Assembly (NCBI GenBank): GCA_963667785.2
Contig: CAXXMU010000001.1
Span: 1,088,001 to 1,152,000, forward strand
Reading direction: 5' to 3'
Source: Alphaproteobacteria bacterium
Lineage (GTDB): Bacteria; Pseudomonadota; Alphaproteobacteria; UBA828
DNA: 64,000 nucleotides
The translations under genes were made by a program, and so were the position numbers. Of this stretch, positions 38,383 through 48,784 are shown piece after piece. Below the pieces are notes generated by a model. The model was not told where the DNA came from. It ran no database searches and worked only from the letters and a program-made list of their open reading frames with translations. Numbering within the stretch: position 1 is the first letter of the stretch; each line of letters opens with the position of its first letter.

Positions 38383-40089
38383 ATGGCCCAACCCACAGGC
38401 TCACAACACACCGATCCCAAGAGCGACATCGACATCGCGCGCGCCGCTACCAAGCGCCCGATCCTCGAGCTCGCCCAGGACCGCCTCGGCATCGCGCCCG
38501 AGCATCTGGTCCCCTACGGCCACGACAAGGCGAAGATCACCCTCGACCATATCGGCTCGCTGGAGGAGCGCCCCGACGGCAAGCTGATCCTGGTCACGGC
38601 GATCACGCCGACGCCGGCGGGAGAGGGCAAGACGACAACCACCGTGGGCCTCGGCGACGGCCTCAACCGCATCGGCAAGAATGCCGTGATGGCGCTGCGC
38701 GAGCCGAGCCTCGGCCCCTGCTTCGGGGTGAAGGGAGGCGCTGCCGGCGGCGGCTACGCGCAGGTGGTGCCGATGGAGGACATCAACCTCCACTTCACCG
38801 GCGACTTCCACGCCATCGGCGCCGCCAACAACCTGCTGGCGGCGATGGTCGACAACCACATCTACTGGGGCAACAAGGCCGGCATTGACCCGCGCCGGGT
38901 GAGCTGGCGCCGCGTCGTCGACATGAACGACCGGGCGCTGCGCTCCGTGGTCTCCTCCCTCGGCGGCGTCGCCAACGGCTTTCCGCGCGAGGACGGCTTC
39001 GACATCACCGTCGCCTCCGAGGTGATGGCGATCTTCTGCCTCTCGCGGGACCTCGACGATCTGCGCGCCCGCCTCGGCAACATCGTGGTGGGGCTGACCC
39101 GCGAGCGCGAGCCGGTCCGCGCCAGCGCGGTGAACGCCGACGGCGCCATGACGGCGCTGCTCAAGGATGCGCTCGCGCCCAACCTGGTGCAGACGCTGGA
39201 GAACAACCCGGCGCTGATCCACGGCGGTCCCTTCGCCAACATCGCCCACGGCTGCAATTCGGTGATCGCCACCAGGGCTGCGCTCAAGCTCGCCGACTAT
39301 GTGGTGACCGAGGCCGGCTTCGGCGCCGACCTGGGCGCGGAGAAGTTCTTCGACATCAAGTGCCGCAAGGCGGGGCTGGCGCCGGACTGCGCGGTGATCG
39401 TGGCCACCATCCGGGCGCTGAAGATGCACGGCGGAGTCGCGCGGAGCGAGCTTGGCGCCGAGAACCTGGACGCGCTTGCTGCAGGCATGGCGAACCTCGC
39501 CCGCCACGTGAGGAACGTCCAGGGTTACGGAGTGCCGGCGGTGGTGGCGATCAACCGCTTCTCCGCCGATACCGAGGCCGAGCGGGCGCTGGTGGCGGAG
39601 CACTGTGCCGGCATGGGCGTCCAGGCGGTCGAGTGCGACCACTGGGCCATGGGCGGCGCCGGCTGCGAGGCGCTGGCGCACGAGGTGGTGCGCACCATCG
39701 AGGGGGGGCAGTCCTCCTTCCAGCCTCTCTACCCGGACGAGATGACGCTCTGGGAGAAGATCGAGACCGTCGCCACACGCATCTACGGCGCCGACGGGAT
39801 CGGCGCGGACGACAAGGTCCGCAAGCAGCTCGACGACCTCCAGGCCGGGGGCTTCGGGCACTTCCCCGTGTGCATGGCGAAGACGCAGTACAGCTTCTCG
39901 GCCGATGCGGCGCTCAGGAACGCACCGAGCGGCTTCGAGGTGCCGATCCGCGAGGTGCGGCTCTCGAGCGGCGCCGAGTTTGTGGTGGTGATCTGCGGCG
40001 CGATCATGACCATGCCGGGGCTGCCGCGCGTGCCTGCCGCCGACAACATCGCCGTCGACGAGAACGGCCACATCACCGGGCTGTTCTAG
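38383..40089 (+). CDS. fhs: Formate--tetrahydrofolate ligase
   Basis: [82 protein letters not shown]. Confidence 0.97.
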   Translation: MAQPTGSQHTDPKSDIDIARAATKRPILELAQDRLGIAPEHLVPYGHDKAKITLDHIGSLEERPDGKLILVTAITPTPAGEGKTTTTVGLGDGLNRIGKNAVMALREPSLGPCFGVKGGAAGGGYAQVVPMEDINLHFTGDFHAIGAANNLLAAMVDNHIYWGNKAGIDPRRVSWRRVVDMNDRALRSVVSSLGGVANGFPREDGFDITVASEVMAIFCLSRDLDDLRARLGNIVVGLTREREPVRASAVNADGAMTALLKDALAPNLVQTLENNPALIHGGPFANIAHGCNSVIATRAALKLADYVVTEAGFGADLGAEKFFDIKCRKAGLAPDCAVIVATIRALKMHGGVARSELGAENLDALAAGMANLARHVRNVQGYGVPAVVAINRFSADTEAERALVAEHCAGMGVQAVECDHWAMGGAGCEALAHEVVRTIEGGQSSFQPLYPDEMTLWEKIETVATRIYGADGIGADDKVRKQLDDLQAGGFGHFPVCMAKTQYSFSADAALRNAPSGFEVPIREVRLSSGAEFVVVICGAIMTMPGLPRVPAADNIAVDENGHITGLF

Positions 40090-40120
40090 CGGGCGCCATG
40101 GCCGGCGCCCGGGCTACGCC

Positions 40121-41335
40121 TCACGCCATCGCGGCGCGGAGGCGGCGGTCGATCGCGTCGAGAAAATCCTTGGAGTTGAGCCAGCCCTGCTCGGGGCCGA
40201 TCAGGATGGCGAGGTCCTTGGTCATCTCGCCGGCCTCGACGGCCTCGACGCAGCAGCGCTCCAGCGTGTCGGCGAAGCGGGCGAGCGCCTCGTTGCCGTC
40301 GTGCCGGCCGCGGTGCTTGAGTCCGCGGGACCAGGCGAAGATCGAGGCGATGGGGTTGGTCGAGGTCTCCTCGCCCCGTTGATAGGCGCGGTAGTGCCGC
40401 GTCACCGTGCCGTGCGCCGCCTCGGCCTCCACCGTCCTGCCGTCCGGCGACATCAGCACCGAGGTCATCAGGCCGAGCGAGCCGAAGCCCTGGGCCACGG
40501 TGTCCGACTGCACGTCGCCGTCGTAGTTCTTGCAGGCCCAGATGAAGCCGCCCCCCCACTTCAGCGCGGCGGCCACCATGTCGTCGATCAGCCGGTGCTC
40601 GTAGTCGATGCCCGCCGCCTCGAAACGCTCGCTGAATTCGGCCTCGTAGACCTCCTGGAAGAGGTCCTTGAAGCGCCCGTCGTAGGCCTTGAGGATCGTG
40701 TTCTTGGTCGACATGTAGACCGACCAGCCCCGCTCCAGACCGTAGTTCATGCAGGCGCGGGCGAAGTCGCGGATCGAGTCGTCGAGGTTATACATGGCGA
40801 GGGCGACGCCGCCGCCGGGGAAGGCGAATACCTCCCGCTCGATCGTCTCGCCGCCGTCCTCAGGCTCGAAGCGGACCGAGAGCCGGCCCTTGCCCGGCAC
40901 CACGAAGTCGGTGGCGCGGTACTGGTCGCCGAAGGCGTGGCGGCCGATCACGATCGGCTGCTCCCAGCCGGGTACGAGGCGGGGCACGTTGCGGCAGATG
41001 ATCGGCTCGCGGAACACCGTCCCGCCCAGGATGTTGCGGATCGTGCCATTGGGCGAGCGATACATCCTCTTGAGGCCGAACTCCTCGACGCGGGCCTCGT
41101 CCGGCGTGATGGTCGCGCACTTGACGCCGACGCCGACCTCCTTGATCGCCTCGGCGCAGTCGACCGTGACGCGGTCGTCGGTCGCGTCCCGATGCTCGAT
41201 GCCGAGGTCGTAGTAGAGGAGCTCGAGGTCCAGGTAGGGCAGGATCAGCTGATCCTTGATCCATGACCAGATGATCCGGGTCATCTCGTCGCCGTCGATC
41301 TCGACGACGGGGTTGGCGACCTTGATCTTCGCCAT
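40121..41335 (-). CDS. icd: NADP-dependent isocitrate dehydrogenase
   Basis: [65 protein letters not shown]. Confidence 0.97.
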   Translation of the reverse strand: MAKIKVANPVVEIDGDEMTRIIWSWIKDQLILPYLDLELLYYDLGIEHRDATDDRVTVDCAEAIKEVGVGVKCATITPDEARVEEFGLKRMYRSPNGTIRNILGGTVFREPIICRNVPRLVPGWEQPIVIGRHAFGDQYRATDFVVPGKGRLSVRFEPEDGGETIEREVFAFPGGGVALAMYNLDDSIRDFARACMNYGLERGWSVYMSTKNTILKAYDGRFKDLFQEVYEAEFSERFEAAGIDYEHRLIDDMVAAALKWGGGFIWACKNYDGDVQSDTVAQGFGSLGLMTSVLMSPDGRTVEAEAAHGTVTRHYRAYQRGEETSTNPIASIFAWSRGLKHRGRHDGNEALARFADTLERCCVEAVEAGEMTKDLAILIGPEQGWLNSKDFLDAIDRRLRAAMA

Positions 41336-41608
41336 CCTCGGCTCTCCAGGAGTGCGTTATGGGTGTGCGCCCCGGGGGGCGGGCGTGGGCGGCCGACGCA
41401 GCCGAGCGCACCATATCAGGGACGCCCCCCCGGTCAAGGCACGCCCGGAATCCTCGTCGCGGTCGAGCGCCTGGCCGAAGCCGCCGGCGCGATCGGTCGC
41501 CCCGCTCTTTTCCAGCGGTCTGCCGCCAGCAATCGTTGCGACCGTCGCACCGTGTCACTATGAGGTCGTCGATCACGGAGGGATCGCATGTCCGGGGAGG
41601 GGAGAGCG

Positions 41609-43468
41609 ATGGCAGGAGATACCGTACGCCTGACGATGGCGCAGGCCCTGGTCCGCTATCTGTGCAACCAATACACCACCATCGACGGCGAGCGCGTTCC
41701 GCTCTTCGCCGGCGTGTTCGCGATCTTCGGTCACGGCAACGTCACCTGCCTCTCGGAGGCGCTGGAGCCGGTTCAGGACCGGCTGCCGACCTGGCGCGGC
41801 CAGAACGAGCAGTCCATGGCGCTCGCGGCCATCGGCTTCGCCAAGGCCAGACGGCGACGCCAGATCATGATCGCCACGTCCTCGATCGGCCCCGGCGCGC
41901 TCAACATGGTGACGGCGGCCGGCACGGCCCATTCCAACCGCCTGCCGATCCTGATTCTCGCGGGCGATACCTTCACCAACCGCCTGCCCGATCCGGTGCT
42001 CCAGCAGGTCGAGCACTTCGGCGACCCGACCGTCACCGTGAACGACGCCTTCAAGGCGGTCTCGCGCTACTGGGACAGGATCACCCACCCGGCGCAGCTC
42101 ATGGCCTCGATGCCGCAGGCCATCGCCACCATGCTCGACCCCGGCGACTGCGGCCCGGCCTTCATCGCGCTTCCCCAGGACACCCAGGAGCTTGCCTTCG
42201 ACTATCCGGAGGAATTCTTCGAGGAGAAGATGTGGACGATCCCGCGCCCGCGCCCGGACCGCGACCGCGTCGCCGAAGCCGCAGCCCTGCTCAGAACGGC
42301 GAAGAAGCCGCTGATCATTTCAGGCGGCGGCGTGCGCTATTCCGGCGCCGAGAAGGCTGTCGCGGCATTCGCCGCCAAGCGCGGCATTCCCGTCGTGGAG
42401 ACCATCGCCGGCAAGGGCACGCTCACCCACGACGATCCGGTCCATTGCGGCCCCGTCGGCGTCGTCGGCTCCACCTCGGCCAACGCGCTCGCCGCAGAGG
42501 CAGACGTGGTCCTCGCCATCGGCACCCGCCTGCAGGACTTCACCACCGGCTCGTGGACCGCGTTCGCGCGCGGGGCCGCGTTCATCTCGATCAACGCCGC
42601 CCGCTGGGACGCGACCAAGCACCGGGCGGTCGCGGTGGTCGGCGACGCGCTGGAGACGGTGCGGGAGCTCGACGCCGCGCTCGGCGCCTGGAAGGTGGAC
42701 GGCGCCCACCTGGAACGGGCGCAGGCGCTCTTCAGGGACTGGGACGCGCTCCTGGACGAACATCAGGCCCAGAGCAACGCGCCTGTACCTTCATACGCGC
42801 AGGTGGTGGGTGTCGTGAACCGGGCGGCGGGCGAACGCGATACTCTCATCGCCGCTGCCGGCGGGCTTCCGGGCGAGGTTGCCAAGGGCTGGCGGGTCAA
42901 GCAGCCCAACACCTTCGACCTCGAGTTCGGCTTCTCCTGCATGGGCTACGAGATCGCCGGCGGCTGGGGCAACGCCATGGCGACCCAGGGCACGTCGACG
43001 CCCATCGTCATGGTGGGCGACGGCGGCTACCTGATGATGAACTCGGACATCTATTCCTCGGTGCTCACCGGCCACAAGATGATCGTCGTGGTCTGCGACA
43101 ATGGCGGCTTCGCCATCATCAACCGGCTGCAGGAGTTCAAGGGGACCCCCGGCTTCAACAACCTGTTCAAGGATTGCCGGACTGCAAGCGCCGGCGACCC
43201 GCCGCTCGTGGACTTCGCGAGGCACGCCGAAGCCATGGGCGCACACGCGCGCCACTGCGCGAGCCTGGCCGATCTCGAAGCCGCGCTCGAGTGGGCCAAG
43301 GGCACCGACAGAACCACGGTCCTCACCATTGCCACCGAGGCCTACACCTGGACGCCGGGCGACGCCCACTGGGATCTCGGCGTGCCCGAGGTCTCGGAGC
43401 GCGAGGCGGTCAGAGCCGCCCGCGCCGATCAGGACGAGATTCGGGCAAGGCAACGCGTCGGCGTGTGA
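41609..43468 (+). CDS. iolD: ThDP-dependent acylhydrolase IolD
   Basis: RLTMAQALVRYL, AIFGHGNV, QNEQSMA, SIGPGA.NM, PDPVLQQVE, EFGFSCMGYEIAG, GDG..LM...N. Confidence 0.88.
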   Translation: MAGDTVRLTMAQALVRYLCNQYTTIDGERVPLFAGVFAIFGHGNVTCLSEALEPVQDRLPTWRGQNEQSMALAAIGFAKARRRRQIMIATSSIGPGALNMVTAAGTAHSNRLPILILAGDTFTNRLPDPVLQQVEHFGDPTVTVNDAFKAVSRYWDRITHPAQLMASMPQAIATMLDPGDCGPAFIALPQDTQELAFDYPEEFFEEKMWTIPRPRPDRDRVAEAAALLRTAKKPLIISGGGVRYSGAEKAVAAFAAKRGIPVVETIAGKGTLTHDDPVHCGPVGVVGSTSANALAAEADVVLAIGTRLQDFTTGSWTAFARGAAFISINAARWDATKHRAVAVVGDALETVRELDAALGAWKVDGAHLERAQALFRDWDALLDEHQAQSNAPVPSYAQVVGVVNRAAGERDTLIAAAGGLPGEVAKGWRVKQPNTFDLEFGFSCMGYEIAGGWGNAMATQGTSTPIVMVGDGGYLMMNSDIYSSVLTGHKMIVVVCDNGGFAIINRLQEFKGTPGFNNLFKDCRTASAGDPPLVDFARHAEAMGAHARHCASLADLEAALEWAKGTDRTTVLTIATEAYTWTPGDAHWDLGVPEVSEREAVRAARADQDEIRARQRVGV

Positions 43469-43478
43469 GGAAAGCGGA

Positions 43479-44732
43479 CTAAAGGGCGGTCCAGCAGGAG
43501 CCTTCCAGCCCCCCGACGGGGCGGCCGGTCTTGAGGTGGATGCGGCGGCCGGGCAGGCGCCGCAGGACATCGACCAGGGACGTCGCCTCGAAGACGACGA
43601 GATCGGCCGGCGCGCCGGCGGCGACGGCAGGCGCAGGTGCGCCGATGATCCGCGCCGCGCGGGTGGTGACCATCTCGAAGCCTTCGCGCACCTCCTCGTC
43701 GGTCCGGAGGCCCGCGCTGTGCACCGTCATGTAGGCAAGCTCCACCGGGTCCATCCGGTTGAAGCGATACCAGATGTCGTACATGTTGTCGGCCCCTGCG
43801 GCGACGTTGACGCCGGCGTCCAGCAGCTCCTTCACTCGCGACGAGCCGCGATTGTGGGGCGTGCGTCCGGTCCCGCCGAGCATCTGGAGATTGGCGATCG
43901 GCAGCACCGTGATCGCCATGTCGGCGTCCAGCACCTTGTCGATCACCCGCGCCGCCTCCTCGTCGGGGTAGAGCGAGAGCGCGTTGCAGTGGCTGGCGAC
44001 GACCCGGCCCTGCAGGCCGTGGGCGACGGTGCCTTCGGCCAGCATCTCCAGGGTCTTGAGCTCGATCCGGTCCAGGTAGTCGCAGTGCATCTCGACCGGA
44101 ACGTCGAACGCGGCGGCGAGCTCGAGGATCGTCTCCACATGGGTGCGCTGGTCCTCCTCGGACGCCTCGACCTCCGGCAGGCCACCGACCGCCGCAGCGC
44201 CCATGGAGAGAGCCTCGCGCAGCAGCCCCGGCGCCTCCGGGTCCGCGACGATGCCCTCCTGGGGGAACGCGACGAGCGTGACGTCGACGATGCCGGCGAA
44301 GCGGTCGCGCGCGCGCATCACGCCCTCGAACGAGACCAGCCTGGTCGCAAAGTCCACGTCGATCTGGGCGTGCAGGCGGCCGATGCCGTGGGCGGCGGCG
44401 AGTCGAAGGGCGCGGCAGGCGCGCTCCTCCACGTCGGCGACGGTGAAGTGGATCTTGGCCTCGCGGGCACGGGCGAGGGCTTCCTCCGGCCCCAGCGCGC
44501 CCAGGAGGTCGCGGCTCAGCACCTTGTCGATGTGGAAGTGGGGATCGACGAAGGAGGGGGTGACGAGGCCGCCGCGGGCGTCGATCCGGGCCGCCGTGTG
44601 GCCTGCCAGCGAGGGCGCTACCGCCTCGATCTGCCCGGCTCGAATGCCGATGGAGACCGGCGTCGCGTCATCCAGCCGCGTCGCGTTGTCGATGAGAAGG
44701 TCCCAGTCGGGGCCTGCAGCCGCGTCCGTCAT
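43479..44732 (-). CDS. Cytosine-deaminase-like amidohydrolase (divergent)
   Basis: DPHFHIDK, VAFPQEG, VGG.P, EMHCDY, ASHC, GADN..D.W. Confidence 0.8.
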   Translation of the reverse strand: MTDAAAGPDWDLLIDNATRLDDATPVSIGIRAGQIEAVAPSLAGHTAARIDARGGLVTPSFVDPHFHIDKVLSRDLLGALGPEEALARAREAKIHFTVADVEERACRALRLAAAHGIGRLHAQIDVDFATRLVSFEGVMRARDRFAGIVDVTLVAFPQEGIVADPEAPGLLREALSMGAAAVGGLPEVEASEEDQRTHVETILELAAAFDVPVEMHCDYLDRIELKTLEMLAEGTVAHGLQGRVVASHCNALSLYPDEEAARVIDKVLDADMAITVLPIANLQMLGGTGRTPHNRGSSRVKELLDAGVNVAAGADNMYDIWYRFNRMDPVELAYMTVHSAGLRTDEEVREGFEMVTTRAARIIGAPAPAVAAGAPADLVVFEATSLVDVLRRLPGRRIHLKTGRPVGGLEGSCWTAL

Positions 44733-44787
44733 GTGTCCTCCGCCGTCATCGTCATTGTCCCGCCGCTATCGCCGCTGCCGCCCGCTC

Positions 44788-46704
44788 CTACTCGGCCGCG
44801 TCGCGCGCGGCTCCCTCGCTCTGCGCGAGCCAGCCGGCGTCCGGGTCGCTCCAGCCGTCAGGCCAGGCGATGGCGCCCTCGGCCTTCCGGTCCTCGAAGT
44901 AGGGGCCCCGGTCGAAGAGGGGGAGCGGCCCGCGCCGCGCCGCCATCTCGGCTCTGAGCTTCAGTGTCGCCGCGTCGTCGACCTGCCAGTCGGCGCCCTC
45001 GCGGGTCACGACGACGCCGTAGCGCTCGCGGGCTGCGGCGGCCGAGACCAGCCCACTCTCGACATCGCGGCAGACGGTGGCCGGTTCGCGCCGGAGCGCG
45101 TCGCCCCAGCCACCGCCGCCGGTGGTCGCGATGCGCACGACCGATCCCGCTTTCACCTCGATGCCGTCGGCCATGCCGGCGACCTGCCGCTCGTCGCCTC
45201 CCGGCACGGTGACGGAGATCGCGTAGGGAGTGCCCGGTTCGCCGCCGTTGACGCCGTAGGTGTTCAGCATGGCGCGGTCGGCGTTGGAGAGGAGCGTCGA
45301 GTCCTCGAGGACGCGGATGCGCTTGTCGTAGCCGAGCCCGCCCCGGCGGTAGCCGGCGCCGCCGGAATCCCGGTTGAGCCCGAGCCGCTCGATACGGATG
45401 GGATAGCGCGTCTCCGAGAACTCGGCCGGCAGGTTGCGTGAGTTGGGTACGATGTGCACCACGTCGCTGCCGTCGGCCCAGGGCCGGCCCGGCCCGCCGC
45501 CGCCGAGGACCTCGCGGAACAGGTAGAAGTCGCCGCTCTCCGCCCGGCCGTGCAGCCCCCAGATGCGGATGGTCTCGTGATCGGCCGGCATGCGCCCGCC
45601 GGTCGCCTTCGAGAGGCAGGCGGCGAAGACGCCGAGCGCGCGGAGCAGGATGAAGAAGCGCATGCCCGTGGGCCGGCCGAAGGTGGGCGTCACCAGCGTG
45701 CCCTTGCCGGGAAAGACCACGTCGATCACGTCGAGCACGCCCTCGTTCATGTCGATCTCGGCGGCACGCTCGGGCGAATCCGCCAGCGAGCGGAGCACCG
45801 GCGCCATCCATTTGCGCACGAAGCGGCCTTCGGCGTAGTCGATCGGCCAGTTGATGGGGCCCTTGGTCTCCGGATCCGTGCCGGTGAAGTCGAGGGTGAT
45901 CTTCTCCGGCGTCTTGGTCATGGTGAGCCGGAGCGCATGCAGGCGCGGCGGATCGACGCCGTCGTTCTCGATGTAATCCTCCCAGTGGTAGACGCCGTCG
46001 GCGATCTTGGGCAGGAGCTCGCGCCGGAGCGTCTCGGCGCAGTTCTCGACGATGGCGTCGAACGCGGCCTCGAGCACGTCGGCGCCGTAACGCTCTGCCA
46101 TCGCGACGACGCGGGCGGAGCCCAGCCGCGCGGCACCGATCTCCGCGTCGATATCGCCCTCCAAGTGGTCGGCGAGGCGGGAGTTGCGCCCGATGATGGT
46201 GTAGGCCGCCTTGTTGAGCACGCCTCGCTCGTAGAGCTTGATGGGCGGCACGACGAGGCCCTCGGACCACATGTCGGTGGCATGCACGGGCAGGCTGCCC
46301 GGCACCGAGCCGCCGACATCATCGTGATGGCCGAAGACCTGGCTGAAGCCGATCAGCCGGCCCTCGTGGAACACCGGGATCGTCGTGCAGAGATCGGGCA
46401 CATGCCCGATGCCGCCCGCGCTGTTGTAGGGATCGTTCCAGAAGAAGACATCGCCCTCGTGAATGTCTTCCGCCCCGAAATACTCGAACACGGGCTCGAC
46501 CAGGGCGGAGTAGGAGCGCCCGGTGAGCTTGCGGCCCCTGGCGTCGAAGAGAGCGACGCGATAGTCGTGCTGGTCGCGGATCATGGGCGAGCGGGCCGTG
46601 CGCTCCACCGCCGCCTCGATCTCGAGCTCCGCAGAACGGACGGCGCCGACGATGACCTCGAGCTCGATCGGCCCGAGCATGGCCTTCGCGTCCTTCTTCG
46701 TCAT
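44788..46704 (-). CDS. Hydantoinase B/oxoprolinase subunit
   Basis: RTARSP.IRD, NDPY..AGGIGH.PD, GHHDDVGG, DSGGAG.RRGG, GGGGWGD. Start ATG 46704 overlaps the A-subunit stop. Confidence 0.9.
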   Translation of the reverse strand: MTKKDAKAMLGPIELEVIVGAVRSAELEIEAAVERTARSPMIRDQHDYRVALFDARGRKLTGRSYSALVEPVFEYFGAEDIHEGDVFFWNDPYNSAGGIGHVPDLCTTIPVFHEGRLIGFSQVFGHHDDVGGSVPGSLPVHATDMWSEGLVVPPIKLYERGVLNKAAYTIIGRNSRLADHLEGDIDAEIGAARLGSARVVAMAERYGADVLEAAFDAIVENCAETLRRELLPKIADGVYHWEDYIENDGVDPPRLHALRLTMTKTPEKITLDFTGTDPETKGPINWPIDYAEGRFVRKWMAPVLRSLADSPERAAEIDMNEGVLDVIDVVFPGKGTLVTPTFGRPTGMRFFILLRALGVFAACLSKATGGRMPADHETIRIWGLHGRAESGDFYLFREVLGGGGPGRPWADGSDVVHIVPNSRNLPAEFSETRYPIRIERLGLNRDSGGAGYRRGGLGYDKRIRVLEDSTLLSNADRAMLNTYGVNGGEPGTPYAISVTVPGGDERQVAGMADGIEVKAGSVVRIATTGGGGWGDALRREPATVCRDVESGLVSAAAARERYGVVVTREGADWQVDDAATLKLRAEMAARRGPLPLFDRGPYFEDRKAEGAIAWPDGWSDPDAGWLAQSEGAARDAAE

Positions 46705-48752
46705 CGCACCTTCTCCATGACCAGATTGCCGTAGCGGTCGCAGGCGATGCGCCAAGCCGCAGGCACGACCACGGTCGACCCATATTCCTCGACGATGAGC
46801 GGGCCGTCGAGCCGGTTTCCCGGCGAGAGCGCCTCGCGACGGTATACCGGGCAGGCGACCCAGCCCGTGTTCCGCCAGTAGACGGGCCGCTCGGCCACCG
46901 GCGACGCCGGGCCGCCACTCTCGGGCAGCTCGTGTGCCGCGGGCCGCTCGACCTGGCCGATCACCTGCACGCGCAGGTTCACCACCTCCACGTCCTGGCG
47001 GCCTTCATAGTCGAAGCCGAAGGCGTCCGCGTGCACCCGGTGGAAGGAGGACCACATCGCCGCGACCGCGTCTGCGCCCGCCACGCCCGGCGGAATCTCG
47101 ACGGGGACCTCGTGGCCTTCGCCGACATAGCGCACGTCGGCGCTGCGCCGGAGCTCGATGCGCGTCGCCGTCACGCCCTCGGCCATCACCTCGGCACGGC
47201 CGATCTCCTCCAGCTCGCGCCAGGCGCCGTCGATCTCGCCCGCATCGGCGCCCGCCTGCTGGCGCACCAGGGTGCGGACGTAGTCGCGCTTGATGTCGGA
47301 GACATGCAGGCCGAAGGCGGAGAGGTTGCCCGGGTCGGGAGGCGAGAGAATCCGCCCGATGGCGAGGAAGTCCGCCACCTCGGCCGCAAACATGCCGCCC
47401 GCGCCGCCGAACGCCGCCAGCACGTAGCGGCCGGGCTCCCGCCCCCGGCTGGTGGTGACCTGGCGGATGCCGTGGACCTGGTTCGCGGCGGCGATCTCGA
47501 AGACGCCGGCCGCGGTCTCCTCCGGCGAGAGGTCGAAGCGCTTCCCGAGCCGGACGAAGCCCTCTCTCGCCGCCGCGGCATCGAGCATCAGCCCGCCGCC
47601 GATGAGGCGGTCGGGCAGCCGGCCCAGCACCAGGGCCGCGTCGGTAACCGTCGGTCGCGTGCCGCCGCGTCGGTAGCAGATGGGGCCGGGGTCCGCACCG
47701 GCGCTCTCCGGTCCCACCTTGAGCGCGCCGTAGTCGTCCACCCAGGCCAGCGATCCGCCGCCGGCGCCGACGGTGGCGATGTCGAGCATGGGCGTCTTGA
47801 CCGGATAGTGCTCGACCAGCGACTGGCTGGTGAGCTGGGGCTTGAGCCCCTCGACCAGGGAGATGTCGGTCGACGTGCCGCCGACATCGAGGGTGAGAAC
47901 GTCCTCGAAGCCCGCGAGCCGCGCCATGTGCACGGCGCCCAGCACGCCCGCCGCCGGGCCCGAGAGCAGCATGGTCACGGGCCGCTCGCCTGCGGTCGCG
48001 TGGCGCACGACGCCGCCGTTCGATTGCATGATGAGGAACGGCGCGCCGCCCTCGCCGGCGCCGATGCGCGAGGCGGCGGAGCGCAGATAGGTCTGGCAGT
48101 AGGGCTTCACCAGCACGTCGATGAGGGTGGTCATCGCCCGCTCGTACTCGCGGTATTCGGGCAACACCACCGAGGAGAGCGAGACGAAGAGATCCGGGTA
48201 GTGCCGGGCGATGAGCGCGCCAGCGCGGCGCTCGTGGGCGTCGTTGGCGTAGGCATGCAGGAAGCAGACGGCGACACAGACGACCCCGCGTTCTGCGAGC
48301 GCGCCGACGGCCTCCACGAGTCCCTGCTCGTCGAGCGCCTCCAGCTCCTCGCCCCGGTGAGTCATGCGGCCCTTCACCTCGCGCACCAGGTGAAGCGGCA
48401 CGAGCCGCGGCGGCTTCACCCAGAAGAAGGAGTTGCCGTAGCCGTCCGGGACCGACTGGCGCGCGATCTCGATGACGTGGCGGAAGCCCTCGGTCACGAT
48501 GAGGCCGAGCCCGTCGAACTGATGCTGCAGAACGGCGTTGGTCGCGGTCGTCGAGCCGTGCAGGAGGCAGGCAAGGGCGTCCTCCTCCGCGCTCGCCGCC
48601 TCGGCCGCCTTGCGGACGCCGTCGAGCAAGCCGACGCTCGGGTCCGCCGGCGTGCTCGGTGTCTTCAGGGCGTAGCGGCTGCCGTCCGTCTCGTCGATGG
48701 CGACGACGTCGGTGAAGGTGCCGCCCGTATCGATCGCGATCCTGAGGCCCAT
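46701..48752 (-). CDS. Hydantoinase/oxoprolinase A subunit
   Basis: IDTGGTFTD, HGSTTATNA, MQSNGG, LSGPAAG, DVGGTSTD, VGAGGGS, GPESAGADPGP, AFGGAG. Confidence 0.9.
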   Translation of the reverse strand: MGLRIAIDTGGTFTDVVAIDETDGSRYALKTPSTPADPSVGLLDGVRKAAEAASAEEDALACLLHGSTTATNAVLQHQFDGLGLIVTEGFRHVIEIARQSVPDGYGNSFFWVKPPRLVPLHLVREVKGRMTHRGEELEALDEQGLVEAVGALAERGVVCVAVCFLHAYANDAHERRAGALIARHYPDLFVSLSSVVLPEYREYERAMTTLIDVLVKPYCQTYLRSAASRIGAGEGGAPFLIMQSNGGVVRHATAGERPVTMLLSGPAAGVLGAVHMARLAGFEDVLTLDVGGTSTDISLVEGLKPQLTSQSLVEHYPVKTPMLDIATVGAGGGSLAWVDDYGALKVGPESAGADPGPICYRRGGTRPTVTDAALVLGRLPDRLIGGGLMLDAAAAREGFVRLGKRFDLSPEETAAGVFEIAAANQVHGIRQVTTSRGREPGRYVLAAFGGAGGMFAAEVADFLAIGRILSPPDPGNLSAFGLHVSDIKRDYVRTLVRQQAGADAGEIDGAWRELEEIGRAEVMAEGVTATRIELRRSADVRYVGEGHEVPVEIPPGVAGADAVAAMWSSFHRVHADAFGFDYEGRQDVEVVNLRVQVIGQVERPAAHELPESGGPASPVAERPVYWRNTGWVACPVYRREALSPGNRLDGPLIVEEYGSTVVVPAAWRIACDRYGNLVMEKVR

Positions 48753-48784
48753 GCCCGGCTCGCTCACCTGCCGCCGGGACGCCG

